Below are positions 54,245 to 64,000 of a stretch of 64,000 nucleotides of DNA, piece by piece; position 1 is the first letter of the stretch; every line of letters starts with the position of its first letter. Under the pieces are notes generated by a model, which was not told where the DNA came from, searched no databases, and was given only the letters and a program-made list of their open reading frames with translations. Position numbers and translations under genes: made by a program. The stretch comes from Chlamydiales bacterium. Its GTDB lineage: Bacteria > Chlamydiota > Chlamydiia > Chlamydiales > JAAZZY01. The DNA lies in assembly GCA_965206695.1 (NCBI GenBank), contig CBDBKM010000007.1, positions 1 to 64,000 of the forward strand, read 5' to 3'.

Positions 54245-54975
54245 ATGATCTTTATGGGTTTAAAATCTATATAATCTGCTGCGGTCAATATGTAACGAAT
54301 GTTATTTTTTTTTCCAAAAAGTGATAAGTTTGGTTTTAGATTATGTAAATGACCGAATACACAAATATTAATTCCATATTGTTCAAATAAAATGGAGAGT
54401 TTTGAGGGCTTAAGATCAGCGCTAATTGGAGGATAATGCGTCATTGCTATTTTGATAGAGGCGTTTGTATTTAGCTGCTCTAAGCTAATAGTAAGGCGTT
54501 TTATTTCTTTTTCAAAGATATGTTTTGAATCATATTTTTTTTCTGTTTTTGCAACTTTATTAGACCTAAATTCAACATAGTCGTTAAAATTGAATTCCTC
54601 ATTATCCCATAATCTCGATCCTGCAATTGCAATATCTTCAAAGTCAAAGCTGTTATTTTGAATAAAAGAAATGGAAGGGGGGAGAATTTCTTGTAGCTTT
54701 TTAGAAGATGGCCACCAATAGTCATGGTTGCCTTTTAACATTAATTTTTTTCCGGGTCTTTGATGAATCCATTCTAAGTCTTTGTGGGCCTCTTTTGTTT
54801 TCAATGCCCAGGAGATATCTCCCGGTATTAAAACTAAGTCCTCAGCCTTAACAGTGCTATCCCAAGCAAGAGCCATTTTAGAGATATACCCTTCCCATTG
54901 TTGTCCAAATACAGCCATGTCCTTTTCCGGATTAGAAAGAGATAAATGAAGATCTGCGATAGCCCATACTGACAT
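54241..54975 (-). CDS. Calcineurin-like metallophosphoesterase
   Basis: ADLH, PGDISW, GNHD, THYPP, GHLH; likely start ATG 54975. Confidence 0.9.
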   Translation of the reverse strand: MSVWAIADLHLSLSNPEKDMAVFGQQWEGYISKMALAWDSTVKAEDLVLIPGDISWALKTKEAHKDLEWIHQRPGKKLMLKGNHDYWWPSSKKLQEILPPSISFIQNNSFDFEDIAIAGSRLWDNEEFNFNDYVEFRSNKVAKTEKKYDSKHIFEKEIKRLTISLEQLNTNASIKIAMTHYPPISADLKPSKLSILFEQYGINICVFGHLHNLKPNLSLFGKKNNIRYILTAADYIDFKPIKII

Positions 54976-55036
54976 AAATTTTTTCCGGTTTTCGGTTATC
55001 AATCACGTAATATTAAATCTTTATTAAGCATAAGAT

Positions 55037-55145
55037 TTGATAGCTCCTAACCCTAAAGGGAAGCGATTTCTCATTCAATGACCCTTGCTAACAAGTGCCG
55101 GTCTAACACGATCTTCAAAGGCTTGCATTACCGACTGCTCTTCAG
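55037..55145 (-). ncRNA. IS605 right end / putative omegaRNA scaffold, copy 3
   Basis: Reverse complement similar to 2931-3039, ending CCCTTTAGGGTTAGGAGCTATCAA. Confidence 0.6.
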
Positions 55146-55147
55146 TA

Positions 55148-55599
55148 TATACTCTTCGCTCCTGAAAGGTACACAAAAAAGTATAAATATGATATTAGTT
55201 TTGCATGAACCGATTAACTCCCAATCAAAGAAGCACTTTTGAATTTCAGGTAAAAAAGACCCGTGATATAAATGAACGTAATCGTTTGTGTGTGCTTCTT
55301 GCACGAGATGATGGTCTAAAGCCTGATCCCAAGGGAGGATCAGCCGGTAAATTATCCAAACTGCAAACTAAAGAACTAGTGGAATATCTTTCTCAATACA
55401 CCTATAGAAGGGTTAAGGATGTATGTGCATATGTCTTAGAACGATATAAAATTTCCTACAGCACAGGAGGGATGATATCGTGGCTAAAGTATCATCAATT
55501 TTGTTTTCAAAAGCCTTGTTAATGTCCCCGGTAGGCTTAACTTAGAGAAGCCAAGTGATGAAACTCAATCCTGTTCAGGTTCTAATGTGAATGAGTATA
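55148..55599 (+). mobile_element. Internally deleted IS630 type C copy
   Basis: Both ends match 22925-24028. Confidence 0.9.
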
Positions 55600-55775
55600 T
55601 ACTTGCTGCATCATACTCTCCTTATTAAAAAAACGCTGATACACATTAAACTATCTCGGAAAGTTTATCCGGATCGCGATCCACCCCTAATTGGCTGTAA
55701 TTGACAATATATTATTTGATAATAATGGTTAGCGTACCTATAATCATGTGATGCTATTAACAAAGGAGATTTTTT

Positions 55776-56249
55776 ATGAAAACTTTGAAATGTGTTTCAT
55801 TTTTTATTGTTCTAACGTATACTTCAGCAGTCTTTGCAGTTTCACTGCCATTGATAATAGATAACCGAACAGAAGAATATACTTTCTACTTCATCACAAA
55901 TGGTCAATCGATCGCGATTAAACCGGGAGAAGACTTTTCTGTAAAATTAGCTAACCATTCTACTACACAGATTACTTTTGATTATGATGGACAACACCAT
56001 ACAACGACCCCTTGGCACACCTCCGGGCTTGGCAATGGGGGTGTTTCATTCTCTCAAGATCCAAGTAGTGGGCAAGCAAATTTTAGTTGGGGTTTTGGAC
56101 CGGCTCAACAACAGGATCCCGGGACAGCCCCACCTTATTTTAGCATTACCGGTGGGTTAAATACATCGGGAACTGATGATTGGGCTTATGGGATTTCATT
56201 GCAACCACATGGCAATTGTGTAGCTACAACTATTAGAATAACGCAATAA
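55776..56249 (+). CDS. Secreted hypothetical protein, Gly/Ser/Thr/aromatic-rich
   Basis: AAGGAG RBS; signal peptide ending AVFA. Confidence 0.75.
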   Translation: MKTLKCVSFFIVLTYTSAVFAVSLPLIIDNRTEEYTFYFITNGQSIAIKPGEDFSVKLANHSTTQITFDYDGQHHTTTPWHTSGLGNGGVSFSQDPSSGQANFSWGFGPAQQQDPGTAPPYFSITGGLNTSGTDDWAYGISLQPHGNCVATTIRITQ

Positions 56250-56253
56250 AAAA

Positions 56254-56617
56254 CCGGGAAGATAATAAGCCGGATTCTGTCATCCACCGGAGTGACGGAC
56301 AATCATTCATCTAGGGCTTGTGTCACCACAAGCCTCAAGCGATATGCTTTTGAAGCTTTTGCGAAGAACAAAATATAAAACGCTTCAAAACTCTTGCTTC
56401 GGATAGGGTTTACACCATCTTTAAGTTTCCTTAAGAGGGTCGATTCTTAAAATCGACATTTTCAGCCTGTTCACCAAATTACAGGCAACGGGATATTTTC
56501 TGTTGCACTTTCCGTAGCCTTACAGCCCCCGGCATTTCACCGGTATCCTCTTCTACGAAGTCCGGACTTTCCTCTCCCATATTCTAAAATACGGGAGCGA
56601 TTGTCTCATCTTCCCGG
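56254..56617 (-). ncRNA. rnpB: RNase P RNA
   Basis: GAGGAAAGTCCGGAC, AGTGCAACAG, TAAACCC, ACAGAATCCGGCTTA; P1 helix CCGGGAAGAT/ATCTTCCCGG. Confidence 0.97.
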
Positions 56618-56622
56618 AAAAA

Positions 56623-57393
56623 TTAACTTGCGATATTTTTACGACGACGACGCTTGGTTGCGATGACTTTTGAGCCTTCTAGTTCCTCGCTTTCTAACCA
56701 ATAAAGGATACGAGAACAATGCTCACAACAAACGACTCGTTCAGCTTTACGAACAAGGTTTTCTTGTTGTGCTGTTAAAATAATGTGGCAACCACTACAA
56801 CAACGGTTAGTTATAGGAACCACAACGCGGTCGCGCTTATTGTTTAAAAGTCGTTCATAGATATGCATGCTTTCAGGTGTGGCTTTTTCAAATAAAACAT
56901 CTCTTTCTTGTTTTAAGCGGCGGCCTTCTTCATTAATATGATTGATACTTATCGCAATTTCTTCTTCTAAAGCTTGGCTATTTTCAATTGTTGCATGGTA
57001 GGTATCTTGTAGATTACTTAAAATCTCTTCTTCGCTTAAAAGTTGATCAGCTAAAGCTATAAGTTTTTTCTCAATGTTAGAACGTTCTCTATCTGCTGTA
57101 GAGATTTCTTGATTAAGGGCATTGAATTCTTCAATTTTTTTGACGAGATCTTGTTGAGATTCATAGTGCTTAATTTTGGCTTTGATCTCTTTAATCTCTT
57201 CTTCATATATATGAACTTCTTTTTTTAGAATGTCAATCTCTTCATTTTTTTTACCAATTTGAATCTGTAAATCGTCTTGTAACTGATCGATTTGACTAAG
57301 TTCATTTTTGCGTTCTTTTTTGAGTCGCATTAAACGAATCATTTTAATGTCTAATTCCTGTATCTCTAAGATGACTTTTAGACTTTGAAGCAT
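56623..57393 (-). CDS. cdsZ: Coiled-coil/C4 zinc-ribbon protein (CT398/CdsZ, HP0958 family)
   Basis: ILEIQELDIKMIRLMR, CSGCH, CEHCSRILYW; upstream of rnpB. Confidence 0.85.
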   Translation of the reverse strand: MLQSLKVILEIQELDIKMIRLMRLKKERKNELSQIDQLQDDLQIQIGKKNEEIDILKKEVHIYEEEIKEIKAKIKHYESQQDLVKKIEEFNALNQEISTADRERSNIEKKLIALADQLLSEEEILSNLQDTYHATIENSQALEEEIAISINHINEEGRRLKQERDVLFEKATPESMHIYERLLNNKRDRVVVPITNRCCSGCHIILTAQQENLVRKAERVVCCEHCSRILYWLESEELEGSKVIATKRRRRKNIAS

Positions 57394-57569
57394 AAATCTA
57401 TCCTTGTAATTACATATAAACCTCTCAACTGAGGTTGCCAATTCCCTTTTGGATGAAGATCCAAAGGCGATTTTAAGATAATAAGTTTACAAGATTGCTC
57501 TATTTGAATATAGAAAAAAAATTATTTTAGTATCTTATCTCTATTTTTTGTTAAAGTTTTTCTATGTAA

Positions 57570-58613
57570 GTCGCCCTTTTAACATTGAAGTGTGACAAAT
57601 AGGAAGTATTTGAAAATGGCCAAATGCCGGTAAAATCTCTATAGTAAATTTTTGATAAAAATATTATGGAGAGATTTTTATGCCTAAGGGCTACCCGTAT
57701 TTAACCTATGAGCAAAGATGTCAAATATATACTTTAAAACTAAAGAGGCGATTCAATTCACTGTATCGGCAAAGAAATTAAAGTAACCGGGTCTACCGTT
57801 TATCGAGAGTTAAAAAGAAATAGCGACGCCCGACAGTGTATTTAATTTTTCAGCACAAAAAAAATCTGAAGAACAACGATCGATAGCTTGCCGTCAAACT
57901 AAAAAAATGCACCCTGAGATGTTTGTAAAGCCGGAAAATAAATTATTATTACAATGGAGTCCTATTCAAATAGCAGGTTCGTTAAAAACGGAGGGTGTAC
58001 TTATTAGCCATGAAAGTATCTATCGGTATATATTGGAAAGACAAGCTGATAAGGAGGTTGTTTATATAAAAATTTAAGACACAAAGTCAGGAAATATAAA
58101 GGACGAGGATATATTTCCGATAGGATTGATATTGCAAAGAGGCCTTACATGGTCGATAAAAAAACAAGAACAGGAGATTTCGAATGAGAGACAATCATAG
58201 GTAAATATCACCAAGGAGCGATTGTATCTATTGTTGATCGTGCCTCTACATATACGATACTTGTAAAGGTGAAATCTAAACAAGCTTGTACTGTTGCTAA
58301 TGCCTTAATTGAGTGCTTAGAATTTATTAATTAGGATAACGTTCACACATTAACGGCAGACAACGGTTTAAGGTTCTATCGGCATAAAGAGGTCAGCTCA
58401 AAATTAAGAGCCGCGTTGTATTTTGCGAAACCCTATACGGGAAAGAAGATTGAGTGAACATATCAATGGATTAGTTAAACCTTATTGGCCCAAGAAGACA
58501 AACTCCAATCAGAAAAAGTTTGAATTTTAAAACACCTATAGAGGTTTTTAATCAAAATAATTTGGGCTATAATGGAGTGCAAATTTGTTGCACTTCATAG
58601 TTGAAAAGGCAAG
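57570..58613 (+). mobile_element. IS30-family element, heavily decayed transposase
   Basis: MPKGY.YLTYEQRCQI, QWSPIQIAG, GDFE, LTADNG; imperfect TIRs. Confidence 0.9.
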
Positions 58614-58653
58614 TTTTAAAATATGAATTAATAAATAAAAGGTTGTATAGACA

Positions 58654-59532
58654 ATGAAAATTTTAATAGGAGGAGGAAGAGGTTTTATCGGGAGTGCTTT
58701 AATTAAATGTTTAGGAAGCGAGAGGCACCAAATTCGGATCATTTCCGGAAAGAAAAGAAAGAATGGGGTTACTTGGGAGGAAATTCACAATCAAGGTTTA
58801 CCTCCGTGCGATGCTGTTATTAATTTATCAGGGGTTAACATTTTTACCAAACGATGGTTTTCGAACAGAAAAGTCGAAATTTATTCAAGTCGAGTGGATA
58901 CGACAAGAATACTTGCTAATGCGATTGATAATTCTTCTAATCCTCCTCAAGTATGGATTCATGTTTCAGCTGTAGGTTGGTATCCAACACATTCCTCGGA
59001 AGGATTTACTGAAAATGATGGGCCACATGGAGATGATTTTATTGGTCATTTATGTAGAGAATGGGAAGAGGCGGCTCAATTAACCAAGCAAACACAAGTG
59101 CGTGAAGTAACTATGCGTCTAGGGCCTGTGCTGGCAAAGGAGGGGGGAGCTCTAAAAAAAATATTACCCGGTTTTAAAGCAGGGTTTGGTGCTTGCTTAG
59201 GTACAGGCCGTCAAGCATTCCCTTGGATTCATATACAGGATCTACTCAATTTTTTTCTGTTTGCTCTGCAAAAAGAACATATACAAGGAATTTATAATCT
59301 GGTCTCGCCTCAGAAAGTGAATCATGCAGAATTTTCTCAAGCTTTAGCGCGTCATTTAAAAAGGCCACTTTGGTTTAAAATTCCTGTTGGTTTTTTACAT
59401 ATATTGCTAGGAGAAAGAGCAAATCTTCTTATTGCTTGCCCAATCGTCATCCCAAAACGTGTTATAGAATCGGGTTTTGTTTATAAGTATCCGGCGATTG
59501 ATGCGGCATTATCGGCTCTATTGGATCATTAG
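58654..59532 (+). CDS. TIGR01777/YfcH-like NAD-dependent epimerase-family protein
   Basis: GGRGFIG, SRVDTT, LCREWE, GTGRQAFPWIHIQD. Confidence 0.9.
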   Translation: MKILIGGGRGFIGSALIKCLGSERHQIRIISGKKRKNGVTWEEIHNQGLPPCDAVINLSGVNIFTKRWFSNRKVEIYSSRVDTTRILANAIDNSSNPPQVWIHVSAVGWYPTHSSEGFTENDGPHGDDFIGHLCREWEEAAQLTKQTQVREVTMRLGPVLAKEGGALKKILPGFKAGFGACLGTGRQAFPWIHIQDLLNFFLFALQKEHIQGIYNLVSPQKVNHAEFSQALARHLKRPLWFKIPVGFLHILLGERANLLIACPIVIPKRVIESGFVYKYPAIDAALSALLDH

Positions 59533-59680
59533 GCTTGTTGCGCAATAAAAATTGTATAAGTTGAGCCTTGCTCAATTTTTGTCGATCATTTTCCATTTAA
59601 ATGGAAGTTCCAAAGATTCGCATATAATAACGGTATTTTGTCTTCTATGACATAATTTTTATTCTTTATATGCTCTACAA

Positions 59681-59849
59681 AAGATCTCTGCATAACTAAC
59701 TTGATAATAGTTTTTAAAACTCACTGATTGTCTAAACTTATTTTTCATTTATTTTAATAAGTTTTATAATAAGCAGTTTTTTATTATGAGTGTAAATCAT
59801 CGCATGGGCGCCAAAAATCGTTGCCGGAAATCAGTTATGCAGAGGTCTT
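59681..59849. mobile_element. MITE with AAGA(T/C)CTCTGCATAACT TIRs
   Basis: TIRs like 21368-21485, different interior. Confidence 0.8.
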
Positions 59850-59998
59850 TATTAAAGGGTTATGGGAGGGACACTGACGGAGTATTAAAGATAATATTAT
59901 ATAGTTAAATTCTGTTAAGTTAGGTTTACGCAAATTCATTTGAGGCTTCTGTTTGAGAATATATCTAAAACAGGAGCACTTGAGAAGTGCGGAAGATC

Positions 59999-60692
59999 TT
60001 AACCGAACATATAATGATAAATGTTGTTTATGGTGTGAGCTAAATAATCTTTAGTTTGAATAGTTCTATTTGTAACATAGTCAATACCTTCACCAATTTT
60101 GCCTCCTAAGTCAGTGGGTATATCCGGATAGCGTGTGGTTATAGTAGGTAGCGCGACTGCTGATAATGCCAGGAATGTTCCGGGAGCCAACACCTTTATT
60201 GCATATTGAAATAGTTCTAAAAATCTCAGGGTCCTCTACAAGGGGATCAGTGATGCTGTTATAACAGTTGAGAGTACATCCCAGGGCAAACACAGCGCAA
60301 CCGGGTGACAAATAATTGACTCGAACTTTCGGCCTACTAGCGTCATTCATAATACTAACATGTTTATTTATAAAAGCATGTTTATTTATAAAAGATTGGA
60401 CCTTTCTTCCTATTCTTCTTCCAATCGTTCTTCCCGGTCTTTTTAGAATCGGCAGTGGATTTCTAACACTTATGGAGGAAATGGGTATTTGACAGAAAAA
60501 ACAATTTACTTGCGATTTTTGTATGGTTGCTATCCATGTCAAAAAACATTTGTGATGTATCGGATGCAGGTTTCCATCTCCTTCACTATTCTCTACGTAT
60601 TCTTCATTTCCTTCAGATTTAATGCTAAAGTTATTTTTTCAGCAGATAGGGCAGAAGTACGCTTGGGATTCAGAAAAACATACAGTACTCAT
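59999..60692 (-). pseudogene. RING-finger (E3 ligase-like) protein pseudogene
   Basis: ATG 60692: MSTVCFSESQAYFCPIC*...HPIHHKCFLTW...CFFCQIPI; TGA at 60639-60641; apparent frameshift near 60195. Confidence 0.7.
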
Positions 60693-61009
60693 AATTTTAA
60701 TTTATCCTATTTTTTATTAATTTAATATAAATTGATTCGATTATCTATTTTAAATTAACTGAATTAAGTTAATTTAAATATTTGTACTATTTTTAGAACT
60801 ACAGAGGTAAATCTTGATCCTCTAGAATTAACCTGTTTGAGATGTATGGGAAACAAATGATATTCGCGTTTAATAGCACGGATAAAACAATTAAAAAAAA
60901 TATCAATAAGATAATAATAGAAATATTTTTGTTGAAAAAAAGAACTCCGATAAACACATTCCGAAAAACTCCGCTTTAAAAAGTCCCGGAGGTGTTTATG
61001 AGGTTTTCA

Positions 61010-61235
61010 ATGTACAATATTAATAATAAAAGACTTAAATTAAGCACATTGTTTCAATATTAGAAAAAAAATTGTTCAATATGCTCAGGATAAAGGCATT
61101 AGCTTTGCCGTAAAAAATGGGGTATAGCCGGAAATACCGGTCGCGCTTGGTTGCGGCGTTTTGATCAAAAGGGTAATAAGGGATTAAAAGACAGAAGAAA
61201 AAGATCCATATGTATTCCGCATAAGGCTTCTGAAG
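61010..61235 (+). pseudogene. Transposase N-terminal HTH remnant (IS481-like)
   Basis: IRKKIVQYAQDKGIS..RAWLRRFDQKGNKGLKDRRKR..IPHK. Confidence 0.55.
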
Positions 61236-61462
61236 GTATTAAAAACGGGTTGTGGAAATAGCCCCCCCAAAAGAAAAATAATATTCTGATTTAATAAATT
61301 ATTTTAATAACGCATCTCTGTTGCGCGAAACTCCTGATCTATAGAAAAATCGTTATACTAACTTTGTGTAAGGTGAGTTGATTAGCAAATCATTTGCTAT
61401 CAAAGGGCTTAAGCGAGTAAACTTAATTATTTCATAATTTTGTAGCAGTTAACTTAATTATA

Positions 61463-62941
61463 GTGATGTTGAATTTAAATCAGTACCTTGAAAATACACC
61501 TAAAGAAAAACATAGCTATGCTTTGATTGCATATCTAGCTTCAATTGAACATATTCAAAGAACGTCTCCATTAATTGCTGATGCGATTATAAATGAGCTG
61601 AAGAATCAACGCTCTCATCTAAAATTAATTGCTTCAGAAAATTTTTCTTCTTTAGCTGTGCAATTGGCAATGGGTAATCTTCTTACGGATAAATATGCTG
61701 AGGGCTATCCTAATCATCGTTTTTATGCCGGTTGTGAAAACGTTGATATTTGTGAATTAGAGGCGATTAAACAAGTAAAAGAAATATTTGATTGTGATCA
61801 TGCCTATGTGCAACCGCATTCAGGGGCGGATGCAAACCTGGTTGCTTTTTGGTCTATTTTAGTTCACCGCATTCAGGATGCAGAAGTAGAAGCTTTAGGA
61901 AAGAAAAAAATTGATGAGCTTAACGATAAAGAATATGAACGTATTCGTATGTTAATGATGCAACAAAAAATAATGGGGATGTCTCTTAATGCAGGTGGCC
62001 ATTTGACTCATGGTTATCGCCACAACATCTCTTCTAAAATGATGCATGCTGTTAGCTATGGGTTGGATCCTAAAACTGAGACACTTGACTACAAGGCTTT
62101 AGAAGAACAAGTTAAAGTAGAAAAACCTATAATTTTATTAGCCGGTTACTCTGCTTATTCGAGGCGTTTAAACTTTGCTCAACTTCGAGAAATTGCTAAT
62201 ACGGTTAACGCTGTTCTAATGGTGGATATGGCTCATTTTTCAGGTCTTATTGCCGGTAAAGTTTTTGCCGGTGATTATAATCCTGTCCCGTTTGCAGATA
62301 TTATAACCTCAACAACTCACAAAACGCTAAGAGGTCCTAGAGGGGGATTTATTATGTGTAAGAAGGAGTTTGCTGAGATTGTTAATAAAGGATGTCCTTT
62401 AGTTTTAGGAGGACCTCTCCCTCATGTTATAGCTGCAAAGGCGATTGCTTTTAAAGAAGCTAATACGCCGGCGTTTCAAGAATATGCTCATCAAATTGTT
62501 AACAATTCAGTTAGCTTAGCTGAAGAGTTGATGAAAAGAGGAGCTAGGATATCTTCAGGTAAAACAGAGAACCATCTGATGGTTGTCGATGTAAGCTCCT
62601 TTGGTATAACGGGAAGGCAAGCTGAAAAAGCTTTAAGAGAAATTGGCATTACAGTAAATCGTAATACTATTTATAACGATCCTAATGGTCCTTGGTATAC
62701 TTCCGGTATTCGTATCGGTACACCTGCAATTACGACACTTGGGATGGGTAAAGAAGAGACGGGAGTAATAGCGGATGCTATTATTGCCGGATTACAACAT
62801 ACCCAACCAATTAAAATAGAAAAAACAGGTCAAATGAGTCGGGCTAAATATCACATGGAAAAAACGACTTGCCAAAAGATTAAATCTCAAATATTTGAAT
62901 TATTAAATCGATTTCCGTTATATCCGGAGCTAGACTTTTAA
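61463..62941 (+). CDS. glyA: Serine hydroxymethyltransferase
   Basis: LIASENF, KYAEGYP, GGHLTHG, DMAH, TTHKTLRGPRGG. Confidence 0.98.
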   Translation: MMLNLNQYLENTPKEKHSYALIAYLASIEHIQRTSPLIADAIINELKNQRSHLKLIASENFSSLAVQLAMGNLLTDKYAEGYPNHRFYAGCENVDICELEAIKQVKEIFDCDHAYVQPHSGADANLVAFWSILVHRIQDAEVEALGKKKIDELNDKEYERIRMLMMQQKIMGMSLNAGGHLTHGYRHNISSKMMHAVSYGLDPKTETLDYKALEEQVKVEKPIILLAGYSAYSRRLNFAQLREIANTVNAVLMVDMAHFSGLIAGKVFAGDYNPVPFADIITSTTHKTLRGPRGGFIMCKKEFAEIVNKGCPLVLGGPLPHVIAAKAIAFKEANTPAFQEYAHQIVNNSVSLAEELMKRGARISSGKTENHLMVVDVSSFGITGRQAEKALREIGITVNRNTIYNDPNGPWYTSGIRIGTPAITTLGMGKEETGVIADAIIAGLQHTQPIKIEKTGQMSRAKYHMEKTTCQKIKSQIFELLNRFPLYPELDF

Positions 62942-62971
62942 TGACATTGTGCATAAGAACAGGAGAAAAAT

Positions 62972-63562
62972 ATGTCTAATGAACAAGAAAACGAAGGGCT
63001 TAAAAGCCTTGATGATCGTATTGATTTTGCCTTATTACAAGCCAGGCGCATCTTCTTTTCTAATGTAGTAGAAAGCAATTCGGCTCATGCTGCTATAAGA
63101 AAGTTGTGGTATTTAGAATTAAGAGAGCCGGGTAAACCCATCACCTTTATCATAAATAGCCCCGGCGGGTCTGTACATGATGGATTTGCTATTTGGGATC
63201 AGGTTAAAATGATTACGTCCCCCATTATCACGCTAGTGACAGGATTAGCCGCTTCTATGGGATCAATCTTAAGCTTGTGTGCTCCTAAAGGGCATCGTTT
63301 TGCCACGACAAATTCTCGTATTATGATTCATCAACCTCGGATTATGAGTCCTATTCAAGGCCAGGCATCTGATATCGAAATCCAGGCGAAAGAAATTATG
63401 AGAACTCATGAGCAGGGAATAAAAATATATATGGAAGCCACCGGCAAGGATTATGAAGCGGTATCAAAGGCAATTGATCGTGATAACTGGATGACAGCTC
63501 AAGAAGCAAAAGATTTCGGGCTTATTGATAAAATTGTGACATCCTTTGATGAAGTAAATTAA
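62972..63562 (+). CDS. clpP: ATP-dependent Clp protease proteolytic subunit (chlamydial ClpP1 position)
   Basis: INSPGG, GLAASMG, IMIHQP, DRDNW. Confidence 0.96.
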   Translation: MSNEQENEGLKSLDDRIDFALLQARRIFFSNVVESNSAHAAIRKLWYLELREPGKPITFIINSPGGSVHDGFAIWDQVKMITSPIITLVTGLAASMGSILSLCAPKGHRFATTNSRIMIHQPRIMSPIQGQASDIEIQAKEIMRTHEQGIKIYMEATGKDYEAVSKAIDRDNWMTAQEAKDFGLIDKIVTSFDEVN

Positions 63563-64000
63563 TGAAAGTTGCCTTTTCCAAATATTCCGGACTAGGCAAT
63601 GATTTTATACTTCTTGATAATCGATCAAAAATCATTCCTTCTGATAATCCTCTTCTTTTTAAAAGTTTGTGCCATCGGCAACAAGGAATTGGAGCTGATG
63701 GGGTCATTTTATTGGAAGATCACCTTAGTGCCGATTGTGCTATGCGGATTTTTAATTCTGATGGTACTGAAGCCGAAATGTGCGGAAATGGAATTCGCTG
63801 TCTTGCAAAGTTTTTAAAAGTATTGGGTTTTGAGGGTTCTTCTCATACTATTAAAACAATGCATCGACTAATAGAGGTTAGTTGTTTAGATGAAAAAGTC
63901 TTAGCAAGGATGGGTTCTCCTACCACAATCAGGTGGAATAAGCGTATATCCCTTGATCATGAAGAGTACGAATATCACCATCTTGATACAGGTGTTCCAC
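63562..64000 (+). CDS. dapF: Diaminopimelate epimerase (partial, runs off window end)
   Basis: Not in the ORF track. [36 protein letters not shown]. Confidence 0.93.
   Translation, partial: MKVAFSKYSGLGNDFILLDNRSKIIPSDNPLLFKSLCHRQQGIGADGVILLEDHLSADCAMRIFNSDGTEAEMCGNGIRCLAKFLKVLGFEGSSHTIKTMHRLIEVSCLDEKVLARMGSPTTIRWNKRISLDHEEYEYHHLDTGVP

Overview
AT-rich chromosomal window from a Chlamydiota member, most likely an environmental chlamydia. The assignment rests on chlamydial gene orders: ruvC-ruvA, mutL-pepP, glyA-clpP-dapF and CT398-like gene-rnpB. The window holds housekeeping genes, a heptose/glycosyltransferase cluster, a Bat (VWA/TPR) operon and many intact, nested or decayed IS elements (IS630 of several types, IS30, IS5, IS701, IS481-like, IS200/IS605, MITEs). 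Main observations: (1) CCGG is strongly over-represented and CCAG/CTGG scarce, and CTGG/CCAG->CCGG changes hit conserved codons in dead transposases, which suggests a CCGG methylase plus Vsr-type repair bias. (2) Three copies of an IS200/IS605 right end resembling a TnpB omegaRNA carry no tnpB. Two follow tnpA remnants, and all have IS630 DNA at the same TA junction. (3) A eukaryote-type USP deubiquitinase and an un-called RING-finger pseudogene. (4) A direct-repeat-flanked catB plus toxin-antitoxin module next to a MerR/TipA pseudogene. All calls come from motif recognition by eye; no database searches were run.
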